Virus record (IMG/VR): IMGVR_UViG_3300005573_001011
Coordinates: 55,081 to 119,080 of that record
Length of the DNA stretch: 64,000 bases
Origin: a virus
Direction: 5' to 3' (one strand)
In this document: piece by piece, positions 36,779 to 47,100 of the stretch
How the letters are laid out: each line of letters begins with the position of its first letter
Position numbering within the stretch: the stretch's first letter is position 1
Notes under the pieces: generated by a model
What the model saw: the letters and a program-made list of their open reading frames with translations, nothing else
Database searches by the model: none
What the model was told of the DNA's origin: nothing
Made by a program: the position numbers and the translations under genes

Positions 36779-37209
36779 TGCAAGCGATTTTAACTCGGTT
36801 TAGAAGTTCTGAGCAGGGAACTCTTGGCACTCTTTTTATCCCAGAAGTAAACTTCTCTTGTTACACTATAGAATTGCCATGGTTAGATAATAAACCACGT
36901 ATAAGTTGCATTCCAATTGGTGAATATAAAGTAATTCCATATTCTTCTGCTAAGTTCGGGCAGACTTATCTATTGCTAGGAGTTCCGAACAGAACAGGAA
37001 TACTAATACATACTGGTAATCTAGCTGGAGACAAGTCCAAAGGTTATATAACTCATTCCCAAGGGTGCATTCTCGTTGGGAAAAAGACAGGACTAATTAG
37101 CGGCCAGAAAGCGGTTCTCTTTTCTGTTTCTGCTATGGTCGAACTAAGATTAGCTGTTGGAAAAAATCAGTTTAGTTTAGTAGTGAAGGAGGGTTTGAAA
37201 GAATGTTAG
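36778..37209 (+). CDS. DUF5675-like protein (putative cell-wall enzyme)
   Basis: TLG.L..CYTIELPW..N....SCIP.GEY, VPNRTGILIHTGN, SQGCILVG. Confidence 0.75.
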   Translation: MQAILTRFRSSEQGTLGTLFIPEVNFSCYTIELPWLDNKPRISCIPIGEYKVIPYSSAKFGQTYLLLGVPNRTGILIHTGNLAGDKSKGYITHSQGCILVGKKTGLISGQKAVLFSVSAMVELRLAVGKNQFSLVVKEGLKEC

Positions 37210-37769
37210 AAATTCTAAGTGCGATTTTTGGTGGAGGTGCCACTGGTTTACTTGGTGGTGTTTTGACGAAAATTTTCGATTACTACACTAATAAGCAAAG
37301 ATTGGAGCAACTTAGAGAACAGTGGAAACATGAAGAAGCAATGCTAGAGAAAGAGTCTCAAAGAGACGTACTAATAGCTAAACAAGAAGCTGTAGCAAAA
37401 ATAGAAGCTGCAGAAGCAGAAGCTATGGCAGAATCGTTCAGGTCAGATAAAGCTTCGTATTCAGCAAGTCTTCCTTTTGCGCAACTTCCCCCTAGTGTCC
37501 AGAAGTGGGTTGCGATAGCTCTCGTATTTGTAGACTTCGTAAGAGGAATTACAAGACCTGGTTTGACGATCTACTTGTGTGCTGTTTCTACTTACTTCTA
37601 CATTAAGTTGCAGCAAATTCTAGCTCAAGCTGGGACTCCTATTTCTGCGGAACAGGCTTTCGAGTTGAGCAAAATGATTGTTGTAGCAATGCTTTACTTA
37701 ACAACCACAGCCGTTGGTTGGTGGTTTGCAAGTAGGACAAAGCTAAACGATATTATTCAGAAAAAGTAG
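37203..37769 (+). CDS. holin-like membrane protein
   Basis: GGGATGLLGG N-terminus, coiled coil, VRGITRPGLT, C-terminal TM ending WWFASR; adjacent to the DUF5675-like gene. Confidence 0.6.
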   Translation: MLEILSAIFGGGATGLLGGVLTKIFDYYTNKQRLEQLREQWKHEEAMLEKESQRDVLIAKQEAVAKIEAAEAEAMAESFRSDKASYSASLPFAQLPPSVQKWVAIALVFVDFVRGITRPGLTIYLCAVSTYFYIKLQQILAQAGTPISAEQAFELSKMIVVAMLYLTTTAVGWWFASRTKLNDIIQKK

Positions 37770-37817
37770 TTTATACTACTTTTTTGCGAAATAAAAAAAC
37801 GGAAGGAGAAAAAAACA

Positions 37818-38666
37818 ATGGAAAGAAAGGAATTAAGTAGAGAAGAACTGCATAAGAAGATTCTTTATCCAGTGGTTCGTGTACGGACAGAAAAAGCTGG
37901 CGGGTCGGGGACCATAATCTACTCAAAGCCAGATGCGAAAAATCCAGAAGAGTACTTGAACTTCGTTATGACGTGCGAACACGTTATAGACGACGCTATT
38001 ACCACGAAAGACGATTGGGATAGTCTTCTTAAAAAGCAGATCAAGAAAGAGTTTACAAAGCAAGTTCTTGTAGAAGCATTCGACTACGTCTACCTTTCTC
38101 AAGTGAATAGCATTAATTCTCATAAAGCGGAGATAGTAGCATACGACAAGCACAAAGATATCGCTCTTTTAAGAGTACTGACACCGAAGAAGTTCGAACA
38201 TGTAGCTGAAATAATTCCGAAAGAAAATATTCCGTCTATAAAATTGTTTACGAATGTTTACGCGTGCGGTTGTTCGCTAGGTCATGAACCGTTCGCTAAC
38301 TGGGGCCAGATTACTTTCTTGAGAGAAGACATCGACAACCAGCCATATATAATGAACAATGCTTCAAGTATATTCGGAAACAGTGGGGGAGCTTTATTCT
38401 TGGCTGAGACTGGACAGCAGGTTGGAATTTCGGCAAGAATTACTGGGTTACAACTGGGCTTCGGGTTTGACGTTATAACTTGGATGGGCTTTGCTATCCA
38501 CCCAGAAACGATCTATAAGTTCTTTGAAGAACAAGAACTGAGATTTATATTCGATCCGAACGACACTTACTGGGATGCCTTAGAGAGACGAAAAGAAAAA
38601 CAAGAGAAAGCACTAATGACGATGAGAGACGATAGCAAAGCAGAAACTCCTTTGACACCAAGGTAA
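37818..38666 (+). CDS. trypsin-like serine protease
   Basis: GSGTII, MTCEHV, DIALL, GNSGGALF. Confidence 0.9.
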   Translation: MERKELSREELHKKILYPVVRVRTEKAGGSGTIIYSKPDAKNPEEYLNFVMTCEHVIDDAITTKDDWDSLLKKQIKKEFTKQVLVEAFDYVYLSQVNSINSHKAEIVAYDKHKDIALLRVLTPKKFEHVAEIIPKENIPSIKLFTNVYACGCSLGHEPFANWGQITFLREDIDNQPYIMNNASSIFGNSGGALFLAETGQQVGISARITGLQLGFGFDVITWMGFAIHPETIYKFFEEQELRFIFDPNDTYWDALERRKEKQEKALMTMRDDSKAETPLTPR

Positions 38667-38721
38667 AAGATTACAGCTTAGTTAGTGTTGTAGAACAAAA
38701 TAATGGAGGGTACAATAGAAA

Positions 38722-39012
38722 ATGGATAGTCAGACTTTTGCGCTTGTGCTAGCTGGATTAGTCTCACCGTTTGTTACGTGGCTAGTGAAAAAAGTCTTTA
38801 GTAATCCCCAGAGTTACGGAGCTCTTTGGTTAGCTTTTGTCGTTTCAGTTGTTTTAGCTTTTATAGCTGAAGCTTACACAAAGGGCTTCACGGGTTTTCC
38901 GTCCATTCTTGAACCAGCTGCTATTGTTTCGTGGTTCGTCGATAAAGCACTTGTGGTTTTTGGCATTAGCCAAGTTGTTTACCAAAATTTAAAGTCTAAG
39001 TTAAGCTTATAA
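38722..39012 (+). CDS. small three-TM membrane protein (holin-like)
   Basis: Three hydrophobic segments, basic C-terminus, GGAGG RBS. Confidence 0.6.
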   Translation: MDSQTFALVLAGLVSPFVTWLVKKVFSNPQSYGALWLAFVVSVVLAFIAEAYTKGFTGFPSILEPAAIVSWFVDKALVVFGISQVVYQNLKSKLSL

Positions 39013-39031
39013 GTAGCGGAGGTATAAAAAG

Positions 39032-39271
39032 ATGTCTATACTTGACGAGTATTTAAGCTATGTAGAAGAAGCTAAGAAAAAGAGGAAGTTCTGGATTCAA
39101 AAAGCTATTGAGAAACCAGGTGCATTGCATAGAGCGCTTGGTGTTCCTCCTGGCGAAAAGATCCCGGCTAAAATGTTAAAAGTTAAACCGAGTGATTCAC
39201 CACGTCTAAAGAAAATGAAGATTCTGGCTCAAACTTTAAGGAAGATAGCAAAAAGACGAAAGAAAGGTTAA
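39032..39271 (+). CDS. small basic protein
   Basis: WIQKAIEKPGALHRALGVP..KIP..LAQTLRK; acidic leader ILDEYLSYVEE. Confidence 0.7.
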   Translation: MSILDEYLSYVEEAKKKRKFWIQKAIEKPGALHRALGVPPGEKIPAKMLKVKPSDSPRLKKMKILAQTLRKIAKRRKKG

Positions 39272-39729
39272 TGCATAAAGCTCTTTCTCTAACTTTTTTT
39301 TTGCTTTTCTCGCTAGTTTTTCAGTGCTCTGCTAGTTCTACACAAGAAACCAAAACTATCTTTTTCGAAAATGCTGGTTACTCGATTACAGTACCAGCTT
39401 GGGTTCCAGACTTCAGCAAGTGGTACGGTTCAGTTGTTTCAAAGAGAGTAGAGGGATCTCAAAGAATACTTATCTTCTGGCGTGCTAGCAACCCTCAAGA
39501 TAGTAGTCAAACTGTTTTCGCTCTCTCGATTGTAGACTTGAATAGTGAAACACCATGGAAAATCTTCCATATAGGTGTTAAAGATAGACAAAGGACAAAG
39601 CATTGCACAGATTTGCAGTTTCTTTCTACCTCACGCCAGTCTTTCTTCTTTACAGAAACCAAAGATTTTCCACCCTATGAAAGTGTTCTTAACTTACTCT
39701 TGTCGTTTTTGCCGTGTGTCTCCTTGTAA
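39271..39729 (+). CDS. exported hypothetical protein
   Basis: Signal-peptide-like N-terminus; start overlaps the previous stop. Confidence 0.6.
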   Translation: MHKALSLTFFLLFSLVFQCSASSTQETKTIFFENAGYSITVPAWVPDFSKWYGSVVSKRVEGSQRILIFWRASNPQDSSQTVFALSIVDLNSETPWKIFHIGVKDRQRTKHCTDLQFLSTSRQSFFFTETKDFPPYESVLNLLLSFLPCVSL

Positions 39730-39750
39730 AACATTACTTGTAGCTAGAGT

Positions 39751-39778
39751 GGGGCTCTCTTGAGCCCCAGTTTTTTTT
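39751..39778 (+). terminator. intrinsic terminator
   Basis: GGGGCTC-tctt-GAGCCCC followed by a T8 run. Confidence 0.85.
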
Positions 39779-39815
39779 CGGCCAATGCACAAGGTCAGCT
39801 TAGAACAAACTTTAA

Positions 39816-40013
39816 ATGAAGTTCCTAAAACAACAGTTCAAGATAAGAAAGCTCGATAAAAGGAGAGCTCGGAAACCTAGACTACGTATGCCTGTGCCAA
39901 AGCCAGGCTGGGCTTTTAAAGACAGAAAAAAGTACGATCGAAACGAAAACAAAGAGATAGAAAGAGAAGCTCTTCGTCTAGCTCTCAGCTCAGACAATGG
40001 AGTGGAGGAGTAG
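39816..40013 (+). CDS. small basic hypothetical protein
   Basis: 65-aa Arg/Lys-rich ORF just after a GAACAAA motif. Confidence 0.55.
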   Translation: MKFLKQQFKIRKLDKRRARKPRLRMPVPKPGWAFKDRKKYDRNENKEIEREALRLALSSDNGVEE

Positions 40014-40017
40014 CTGT

Positions 40018-40863
40018 ATGCAAAACCAAGACATTCTTCTTGAGTCGTACTTGCGGTTTTTGGACACGGAAGAAAAGTTTTTCATAGTGAACGAAGACTT
40101 GTTAACTAAGTCTAAAGAATGGTTAGAAAAGAAGAAAGAAGAGGTAGAACGAGGCTTTAGAAAGAATCTTGAATTACTCAAAAGATTTTTACTAAAGTAC
40201 GGTGTAGACGTAGAAAGAGTGTCTAGAAAAGCTAGACACTTGACACATACGATAAAGAGTGACTTAAAAGCTAGAAGAGATCCGAAAGACGTAGCTGCTA
40301 AAATTACTAAAGGAATGAAGAAGATAGTTCTCACGGAACTCAAATCTATTAAAGAGAGAAGTGGTGAACTAACTTTAGGAGAAAAAGTTATCGGAGCTAT
40401 TGTTTTAATGATAGGGCTACTAGTGGCACTGTTCGTTGTAGACCAACTAGTTGCACCATTAATTGGACTTGGAGCTGCCTCTCCTCTAGCTATTGCTTCT
40501 GCACCACTAGCTTCTTTTATTAGAATGTGCGTTATTGCACCACTTCTTGAAGAAACCTTTAAGAGAATTGCTGTCTTAAAAGATTATCCCTTCGTTTATA
40601 CGACAGTTTTCGGGCTGACAGAACTTGCACAGTACGTTGTAAGTGCTTCTGCTTTTGGTATGTCTCTTCCAGCTATGGTAACAGCAAGAGTACTATCGCT
40701 ATCTTTTCACTATCTAACGACACTAATTCAGTATCGTTTCCACAAGAAAGCCGAAGAAATAGGAGAAAAAGAGAAGAGCTATCTTGGATACATTATTGCT
40801 GTGGCTATTCACGCATCATGGAATAGCTTAGCTACTCTGTGCTTTCTTTTAGCACGACGATAA
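40018..40863 (+). CDS. PrsW/CPBP-like intramembrane glutamic/metalloprotease with soluble N-terminal region
   Basis: APLLEETFK (EExxK), FGLTE, SFH and IHASWN (HxxxN) in TM segments; start placed at ATG 40018. Confidence 0.7.
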   Translation: MQNQDILLESYLRFLDTEEKFFIVNEDLLTKSKEWLEKKKEEVERGFRKNLELLKRFLLKYGVDVERVSRKARHLTHTIKSDLKARRDPKDVAAKITKGMKKIVLTELKSIKERSGELTLGEKVIGAIVLMIGLLVALFVVDQLVAPLIGLGAASPLAIASAPLASFIRMCVIAPLLEETFKRIAVLKDYPFVYTTVFGLTELAQYVVSASAFGMSLPAMVTARVLSLSFHYLTTLIQYRFHKKAEEIGEKEKSYLGYIIAVAIHASWNSLATLCFLLARR

Positions 40864-40885
40864 GATTAAGTCTGGAGACTAAACT

Positions 40886-41782
40886 ATGCCTTTGTCGTCA
40901 ACTGTTCTTGTTCCAGACCTGCAATATTGGGTAAGTAAGTTTATTCTATCTAGCACTCTAAGCAAATACCAGATAGATGTTCCAGTTGAGCTTACAGAAA
41001 GTATTATGCAGGACTGTGGAGGTGACAAATCTTTTATTAGACTCCTTTTCGACGACAATTGGCCAAAGACTCAGACTTCGTACAGGTGGCTTTATAGAGA
41101 GCATACGACTAGGTTTAGTTGGCCAAGCACAATTCTAACGAGAATGATGGTTTACGCAAGGTCAGCTAAACTTTACATATGTGACTCTGACGATACTAGT
41201 GTTTGTAATGTAAATATTTTTAACTTGCAAGATGACGACTTAGAAATGCTAGATCGTCTTTTAGAGTATAGAGTTTTCGATTCAACATCTGTAATAGACG
41301 ATATAACTCTTGCGGGCCTTAGCACGAAACTCTCTAAGCTGATTTGGGTATTCTTGTCTGCAGTAATAAAAGGCGATTACTCTTCGTATGACAATACAGA
41401 CGTTTGGGCGACGTCTACTGTAGTTTTAGAAAACTGTTATGAAGCCTACGTTGTAGAGAAGATCTTTTCTCTAGTTTCTTTTAAAGATGCACTTATGGCG
41501 ACAATCTACTTTGGAGATTCTACATCCGAAGTTCTAACTTCTGCTGAAATAACCAGTCTCCAAAGTGTAACTGACAAAAAAGATAGAATTTACCAGTTTA
41601 GTGGAACTGGATATAAGTACATTTGCTATCCGTCTTACCTCGGTTCGAGTTCGTTTGTTGAGTCGAAGACAAGAATAGCTATTTCATTCCAAGATCCGTA
41701 TGAAGTAAATATTTCCGGAGTTAAGTACTTAGTTTACCGCTCTTCGAACGTTCTTGGAGCGATTAACATTAGATTAACCTAG
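40886..41782 (+). CDS. probable virion structural protein
   Basis: First gene of the baseplate-like block; repeated DSTS motifs. Confidence 0.55.
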   Translation: MPLSSTVLVPDLQYWVSKFILSSTLSKYQIDVPVELTESIMQDCGGDKSFIRLLFDDNWPKTQTSYRWLYREHTTRFSWPSTILTRMMVYARSAKLYICDSDDTSVCNVNIFNLQDDDLEMLDRLLEYRVFDSTSVIDDITLAGLSTKLSKLIWVFLSAVIKGDYSSYDNTDVWATSTVVLENCYEAYVVEKIFSLVSFKDALMATIYFGDSTSEVLTSAEITSLQSVTDKKDRIYQFSGTGYKYICYPSYLGSSSFVESKTRIAISFQDPYEVNISGVKYLVYRSSNVLGAINIRLT

Positions 41783-41834
41783 AAGCATGACTATTGACAA
41801 AGTCTCAGAAAGTGTTCTTCTTGAGGGGAGATAG

Positions 41835-44039
41835 ATGTTTACAATAGACGAGTTTTGGGCAATTCTAGAATTTCTCAAAAGTGGTGCAACAGAATCCACA
41901 GAACTAGACCGTTCGGTTTTTTCTGCTGCCCTTTCCGAAAAGTCCAAGACACAGAGCTACTTTTCAACAGTTCTAGACCAGCAAAGCTTTTCAACGCAAG
42001 ATTATCTTCGCCTTAAGAACTTCTTTGTCGATTGGTATTCTACATTTAAAACGATTCTAGCGTCACAGAAAACAGCATCGGACCCGCATTCGCTTCCAGC
42101 AAAACATATAGAGGAACTGTTTAGGAGTTTTGGATATACACAGAGTTTGGAGGAGCTTTCTTCTGCTGCTAAAGTAAACTTTTTCTTAGACTTAGTAAAT
42201 CTCTACAAGATAAAAGGCACTCCTTTATGCATTAGCAGAGTTTTATCTTACTTTGGTCTTAAACAAGTAGAGTTAGTCGAATACTGGCTACAGAAAAACG
42301 AATCTGGTAATCTTGTATTTAGAGCGGAGCTTGCTGTTCCAACTGTCGTACCTATTTCTCTTGGTTCTTATGACATAAGCTTTCATGACGCTGTTGCTGG
42401 TGACCCTCATTGGCTTCTAACTGAAAGTCAGATTGAAACACTAGTTGCTACTAATAAAATAAACTTACCATCGAAGTCACCATACTTTGGCATTAGAGCT
42501 TACTATGGAGTAGGCGATCTTTCTAAAATAATAGCGTGCCTAGAAAGAAGAATTCAAGACGACTACTTAAAGTGGAAGAATACAGGAACGAAAGTAACTG
42601 AAATATATTTGAAGCTAATTAAGACTAACGTCTCTCTTATGGAGCTGTACTTATCTTGTTGTTACTTACTTATAAATGCGTTTGGTGCACCGAAAGGAAC
42701 GATTGGGAATCCTTTCCTTTGCTATAATGGACCAGAGACATCAGATTGGGCAGAAGTATTTGAACTATATGATTCCTACATTGTGCGACCATCTTCTAGA
42801 CAAGAGAGAAAAGAAAAGTACGAAGAATGGACCGCACTTTTTACAAGACCTGTATCTGAGAACTTTTTAAAGTACGCTATCGATCCTGGAGAGAAACTTC
42901 AAGAAATAAATAGCAGTCTTAAGGAAGAGCTAGATAGTTGGGTTGCCAGTGGGACAGCGGAAACTTTACTGGCTTACTTCTTAAACGAACTGTCGTCATG
43001 GTTAGAAAGTAACATTTACGCAGAAACTTCGAACTTATCGTTATACACTGTTGGCAGTGGTTCCCTTTCTAACTTGTATAAAGTTCTGAACTTCTTTAAA
43101 CCTTATCGAGCCAGAATGCAATTTTCATACATTCTTCATACAGACAACCCACTGCTGGATTCTCTTATACAAGAAGATGTGGTAGAAGAAAGATACTCGG
43201 AGATTGCAGTAGATTGGGATAATGCAGACGCACTTCCAGGAATTTATCCAGGATGGCAGCCAAGCGGAAGGACAGTGGTAAGCGATCCTTCTCTTGGGGA
43301 AGGAAGAATAAAAAATATCTATGTGGATAGTGGGGGATCTATAAAAGCTGTCTGGTATGACTCTACCTCTGAAGAGTCCACTACTATTGTAAGCAACCCA
43401 CCTGCAGGTAGTCATAGAGTATATAATGTTTACCTTACAAATGAAGAGATGCTACCTCAAGGGAAGAAATTAGTTGTAGAGTTTGAGTCGACTCCAGTTT
43501 CTTCACCAGGAACAGCCACTACTGTTATAAGTCTTCCTCCGACTGGTGACTATATGATCTCCGAGATGCATATGAGTACCTCCGGGTTCGTTGTAATCTC
43601 GTATGAATCGATACCAGCGTCATGGTCTCTTGACTCAACTGCTGCTCTTTACTACTCTAGAAATACTTACGATACTGGTTCTTTCTTCGACAAAGGTGCT
43701 TCAATGGACTGGAGTTGGAAAAATAGAACTGGCTTCTTCGAGTACATCAGTCAGGAACTCTTCAGCATTTATAATTGCCATCCGCCGGACTCTACTTGCT
43801 ACGTTAGTTACGGTTACGAGTTTGCTGACAGCACAAATCTAGTAAGCTACTATCAATATGGTGGATTTACTAACTTCGATTGTGGTTGGTGTTTCGACAC
43901 ACCTTTCGCTAATGATTTGTGCTTACTAACAGTAATGTATACTCTTAGAGAAGTTACTATCTCGTCGTCAGGAGCTACTTCTGTACCCATTACCGTGAGT
44001 CCACCAGACTTCTATGGTAATTCCGATGGAGTAACTTAA
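41835..44039 (+). CDS. probable baseplate wedge protein
   Basis: LFRSFGY..DLVNLYKIKGT...I..VL..FG and late FFKPYRAR resemble myovirus wedge/tail-I-type motifs. Confidence 0.6.
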   Translation: MFTIDEFWAILEFLKSGATESTELDRSVFSAALSEKSKTQSYFSTVLDQQSFSTQDYLRLKNFFVDWYSTFKTILASQKTASDPHSLPAKHIEELFRSFGYTQSLEELSSAAKVNFFLDLVNLYKIKGTPLCISRVLSYFGLKQVELVEYWLQKNESGNLVFRAELAVPTVVPISLGSYDISFHDAVAGDPHWLLTESQIETLVATNKINLPSKSPYFGIRAYYGVGDLSKIIACLERRIQDDYLKWKNTGTKVTEIYLKLIKTNVSLMELYLSCCYLLINAFGAPKGTIGNPFLCYNGPETSDWAEVFELYDSYIVRPSSRQERKEKYEEWTALFTRPVSENFLKYAIDPGEKLQEINSSLKEELDSWVASGTAETLLAYFLNELSSWLESNIYAETSNLSLYTVGSGSLSNLYKVLNFFKPYRARMQFSYILHTDNPLLDSLIQEDVVEERYSEIAVDWDNADALPGIYPGWQPSGRTVVSDPSLGEGRIKNIYVDSGGSIKAVWYDSTSEESTTIVSNPPAGSHRVYNVYLTNEEMLPQGKKLVVEFESTPVSSPGTATTVISLPPTGDYMISEMHMSTSGFVVISYESIPASWSLDSTAALYYSRNTYDTGSFFDKGASMDWSWKNRTGFFEYISQELFSIYNCHPPDSTCYVSYGYEFADSTNLVSYYQYGGFTNFDCGWCFDTPFANDLCLLTVMYTLREVTISSSGATSVPITVSPPDFYGNSDGVT

Positions 44040-44040
44040 T

Positions 44041-44406
44041 ATGTCGTTTGTGCGATACTATGAAGATGGCAAAAGCGTAACTCTGGTTGCACCCCAACTT
44101 ACTCAAGACGGGCAGTATGTTTTTTGGAAGTGGGCAGTAAACGATGTTGAGTATGAAACGACTGAAGTTACTTTCCAGATTGACGGGTCTGACTATACGT
44201 GTATCGCTGCTTACGTACCTTTATCTCTTGATAGGACAATCTACCAGCAAGTAGTAGACTTCTCTGGGTCTAATGAGTTGACTATTTACCAAATTGTGCA
44301 TGACTTAGAGCCAGATGTAGAACTAACTGCTAGGATTTACCAAATTGTGCATGACTTAGAGCCAGATGTAGAACTTACTGCTAGAATTTACCAGGAGGTT
44401 GTGTAA
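44041..44406 (+). CDS. small structural protein with B-repeat-like domain and 17-aa tandem repeat
   Basis: RYYEDGKSVTLVAP..FWKW; paralogous start to 45587-46000. Confidence 0.65.
   Translation: MSFVRYYEDGKSVTLVAPQLTQDGQYVFWKWAVNDVEYETTEVTFQIDGSDYTCIAAYVPLSLDRTIYQQVVDFSGSNELTIYQIVHDLEPDVELTARIYQIVHDLEPDVELTARIYQEVV
44284..44393 (+). repeat. 51-bp tandem duplication (IYQIVHDLEPDVELTAR x2)
   Basis: Units 44284-44334 and 44335-44385 differ at two synonymous positions. Confidence 0.95.
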
Positions 44407-44935
44407 AGTGATTTATGCTACAATACAAGCTCTAGCTTACGAGAAAGACCGACTTGTCTACACTTATCCAGAAAAACAAGCTAATAGTTTAGTATCGAAT
44501 TTTATGAAGACGTTATACTCGGCAATGATTTGGAGTGATCTTAAAATTATTTCTACTGGCGGTAGTGAAGTTAGTGTAATGCCCATGTCAGGTATTTTTA
44601 CCCTTGTTGCATCTTCCAACGAAGGAATGAGAATTGGATCGGGAACTAATCCAGTTACGATGGCAGACTATCGTTTGCAGAGTGAAATAACTACAAACAT
44701 AATCTTTTCTAGTCATAATTTTGTTGTGTCTATCGTTAATGATGCCACAGCACGTCTAGAAATTACAAGGTCATTTACTAATACTTCTGGGTCATCGAGA
44801 CAAGTTAATGAAGTAGCGTTGTACACAAGAACTGGAGGAGATGTAGTTTACATGTTAGACAGGACTCTTTACCAAGCTACTATTCCAGCTTACGGAAGCA
44901 TAACAGTAACTTATCGTATATATACTGTAGTTTAG
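44399..44935 (+). CDS. virion/fibre-attachment protein, paralogue of 44950-45567
   Basis: ANSLV, IGSGTNPVTMADYRLQS, TRSFTN, NEVALY. Confidence 0.65.
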   Translation: MCKVIYATIQALAYEKDRLVYTYPEKQANSLVSNFMKTLYSAMIWSDLKIISTGGSEVSVMPMSGIFTLVASSNEGMRIGSGTNPVTMADYRLQSEITTNIIFSSHNFVVSIVNDATARLEITRSFTNTSGSSRQVNEVALYTRTGGDVVYMLDRTLYQATIPAYGSITVTYRIYTVV

Positions 44936-44949
44936 GGAGTTTTCTGCAA

Positions 44950-45567
44950 ATGACAGAGTATGATTTTCTTCTCGAGAGACTTAAGCAAGAAGACGAAAAG
45001 AACAAGATAGAAAAGAGCTTTCTGTCTGCAGAAATTGCATCTATTGTTTATGACTCTACTTCGCAAGAAATAGTGCGAATAATACCTTGGAAGAAAGCTA
45101 ATTCTTTAGTAGTACAATTTATCCGCATTCTTGCTATACAGATGTCCCAAGTTGCCTGGGTTATAAAGAAAACTAATGGTACTGACGTTAGTAGAGGACC
45201 AGGAGATGGAGCTTTTAGAGTTGTTTGTGGTGCTGGAACTACAGACCAAGGAATTGTAATTGGTACAGGAACAACTCCAGTAACACTATACGACTATGCA
45301 CTAGCCAGTCAAGTCATTACAAATGTCTACTATGGAAATACAACTGTTGCTTTAGAGAACCCTTCTGAGAATTGCTGGAGGAATCTCGTAACGAGGAGCT
45401 TTACTAACAATACTGGATCAGATCTCAACATAAAAGAAGTAGCCCTTTACTGCAAGTTTAATTTTGGCGATGTTGGCCCCTACTGTCTTGAGAGAAGTCT
45501 TTATAATGTTTCAGTCCCACATAGCTTATCTATACTAATATCGTACAGGATTGCCATCTACTTGTAA
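44950..45567 (+). CDS. virion/fibre-attachment protein
   Basis: ANSLV, IGTGTTPVTLYDYALAS, TRSFTN, KEVALY. Confidence 0.65.
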   Translation: MTEYDFLLERLKQEDEKNKIEKSFLSAEIASIVYDSTSQEIVRIIPWKKANSLVVQFIRILAIQMSQVAWVIKKTNGTDVSRGPGDGAFRVVCGAGTTDQGIVIGTGTTPVTLYDYALASQVITNVYYGNTTVALENPSENCWRNLVTRSFTNNTGSDLNIKEVALYCKFNFGDVGPYCLERSLYNVSVPHSLSILISYRIAIYL

Positions 45568-45586
45568 AATTTTATAGGAAAAACTT

Positions 45587-46000
45587 ATGAGTTTTAAACG
45601 ATACTATACAGATGGTACTAATGTAACTCTTACTGCTCTGCAGAATGTAGACGACTTAACGTTCCAGAAGTGGGAAGTAAATGGCGAAATCTTTACTACA
45701 AGAGAAGTTTCGTTTCTTGTGGATGGAACGAATTATGAGTGTACTGCTTTTTATACATCTGGACCAGGACCAGAACCAGAGCAGGAGTGGATAGGGTTCC
45801 TTTTCGGTGAGAGTGAGTATATGCAGTCCTCTACAGTGGATACCGTTTATGCAGATAACACAGCAGTGTACTTTGTCGGAACTAGATATTATGACGGTCT
45901 CTACAGAGACTGGGTTGAAAAAAGAAGTAGAGATGACGGTAGTCTAATATGGCGTCTTGAGTTTGAAGATTACTCTTCTGGAGGAGGAGGAGGTGTATAA
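45587..46000 (+). CDS. structural protein: B-repeat-like domain plus one propeller-like blade
   Basis: RYYTDGTNVTLTA..FQKW, PGPEPE linker, VEKRSRDDGSLIW. Confidence 0.65.
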   Translation: MSFKRYYTDGTNVTLTALQNVDDLTFQKWEVNGEIFTTREVSFLVDGTNYECTAFYTSGPGPEPEQEWIGFLFGESEYMQSSTVDTVYADNTAVYFVGTRYYDGLYRDWVEKRSRDDGSLIWRLEFEDYSSGGGGGV

Positions 46001-47089
46001 GTGAGGACGATATCTATTCTAGTGGATGGAGACTACTTCTACGTAACCCCAAATCGTTCTAGTGGTGTGCCTTCAAATTGGTTAAAGTACTTGGAAAAGA
46101 GAAGTATTACGAACTATGATCTAGTTTGGTCTCAGGAAATTCCAAAGGTTGCTTCTTCCGATTCTGGTTTGCAGTCGATTTGTCAAGACGATAGTGCTAT
46201 CTATACATTACAACAAACAGATACTAGCTACACCGTCAGGAAGTTTCTGAAGACAGACGGCTCTCCTAGTTGGACGCTAGAGCGAGATTTATCCGGAACT
46301 TTCCAAAGTCTCTACCCAAAAGTGTTGAGAAACCTTGGCGATTATCTATACATGTTTGCTGAGTGCTATTTAGCAGATTGGACACAACCTTGGTATATTG
46401 AAAAAATTAGGAAATCTGACCATACTGTAGTCGATTCTTACTTATGTGAAGTAGATATCTTCTATACAGGATTCGACATAAGCGACTACTTATATGTGGC
46501 TTTTAGACTTTCTAGTGAAGAAACTAGAGTTCACTTATGGTGTTTATCGCAGTCTTTTTCTGTGCAGTGGACTAAACAAATAGACCTTTCTGGCATAGAC
46601 TCTTTTACTTTCGAGACGATTTCTGTCAGTGGTGACTACATATGGGTGCCTGGTGAAGTATATACAAGTTCACCGCAAGCTTCTAAGAGAGGACTTTTAA
46701 AATGTAACAAGAGCGATGGTTCTCTTGTGGAAGCAACTTACGGAGATGATACAGTTAGCTATAGCACGACAATAAAGGGTTCGTATGCTACACCTGGAGG
46801 TAATATTTTCTCTAGTGGTGAATACAGGACTACAGTCTACAACGAATATCGTAAAATGTTTCTTCAAGCTGACAAACCACCTTGGCCCTGGTCGTCTGGT
46901 GACTGGATAATATGGACTGAACCATCCGGAAGTGCTTGGTTTGAGGGTGTGTTAGTAAATGATTATACTTCGTTCTATGTAAGCGGAACACGAATGGTTG
47001 GTGGCACACGATACGACCGACTAGAAAAAAGGTCGCTACTTACTGGAGAAGTACTTTGGAGTGTTGAATGGGAAGGATACGGCTTTTAA
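46001..47089 (+). CDS. beta-propeller-like protein (possible receptor binding)
   Basis: Repeated (E)KxxxxDGSxxW blades; GGAGG RBS inside the upstream Gly codons. Confidence 0.65.
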   Translation: MRTISILVDGDYFYVTPNRSSGVPSNWLKYLEKRSITNYDLVWSQEIPKVASSDSGLQSICQDDSAIYTLQQTDTSYTVRKFLKTDGSPSWTLERDLSGTFQSLYPKVLRNLGDYLYMFAECYLADWTQPWYIEKIRKSDHTVVDSYLCEVDIFYTGFDISDYLYVAFRLSSEETRVHLWCLSQSFSVQWTKQIDLSGIDSFTFETISVSGDYIWVPGEVYTSSPQASKRGLLKCNKSDGSLVEATYGDDTVSYSTTIKGSYATPGGNIFSSGEYRTTVYNEYRKMFLQADKPPWPWSSGDWIIWTEPSGSAWFEGVLVNDYTSFYVSGTRMVGGTRYDRLEKRSLLTGEVLWSVEWEGYGF

Positions 47090-47100
47090 GGAGGTAAATT

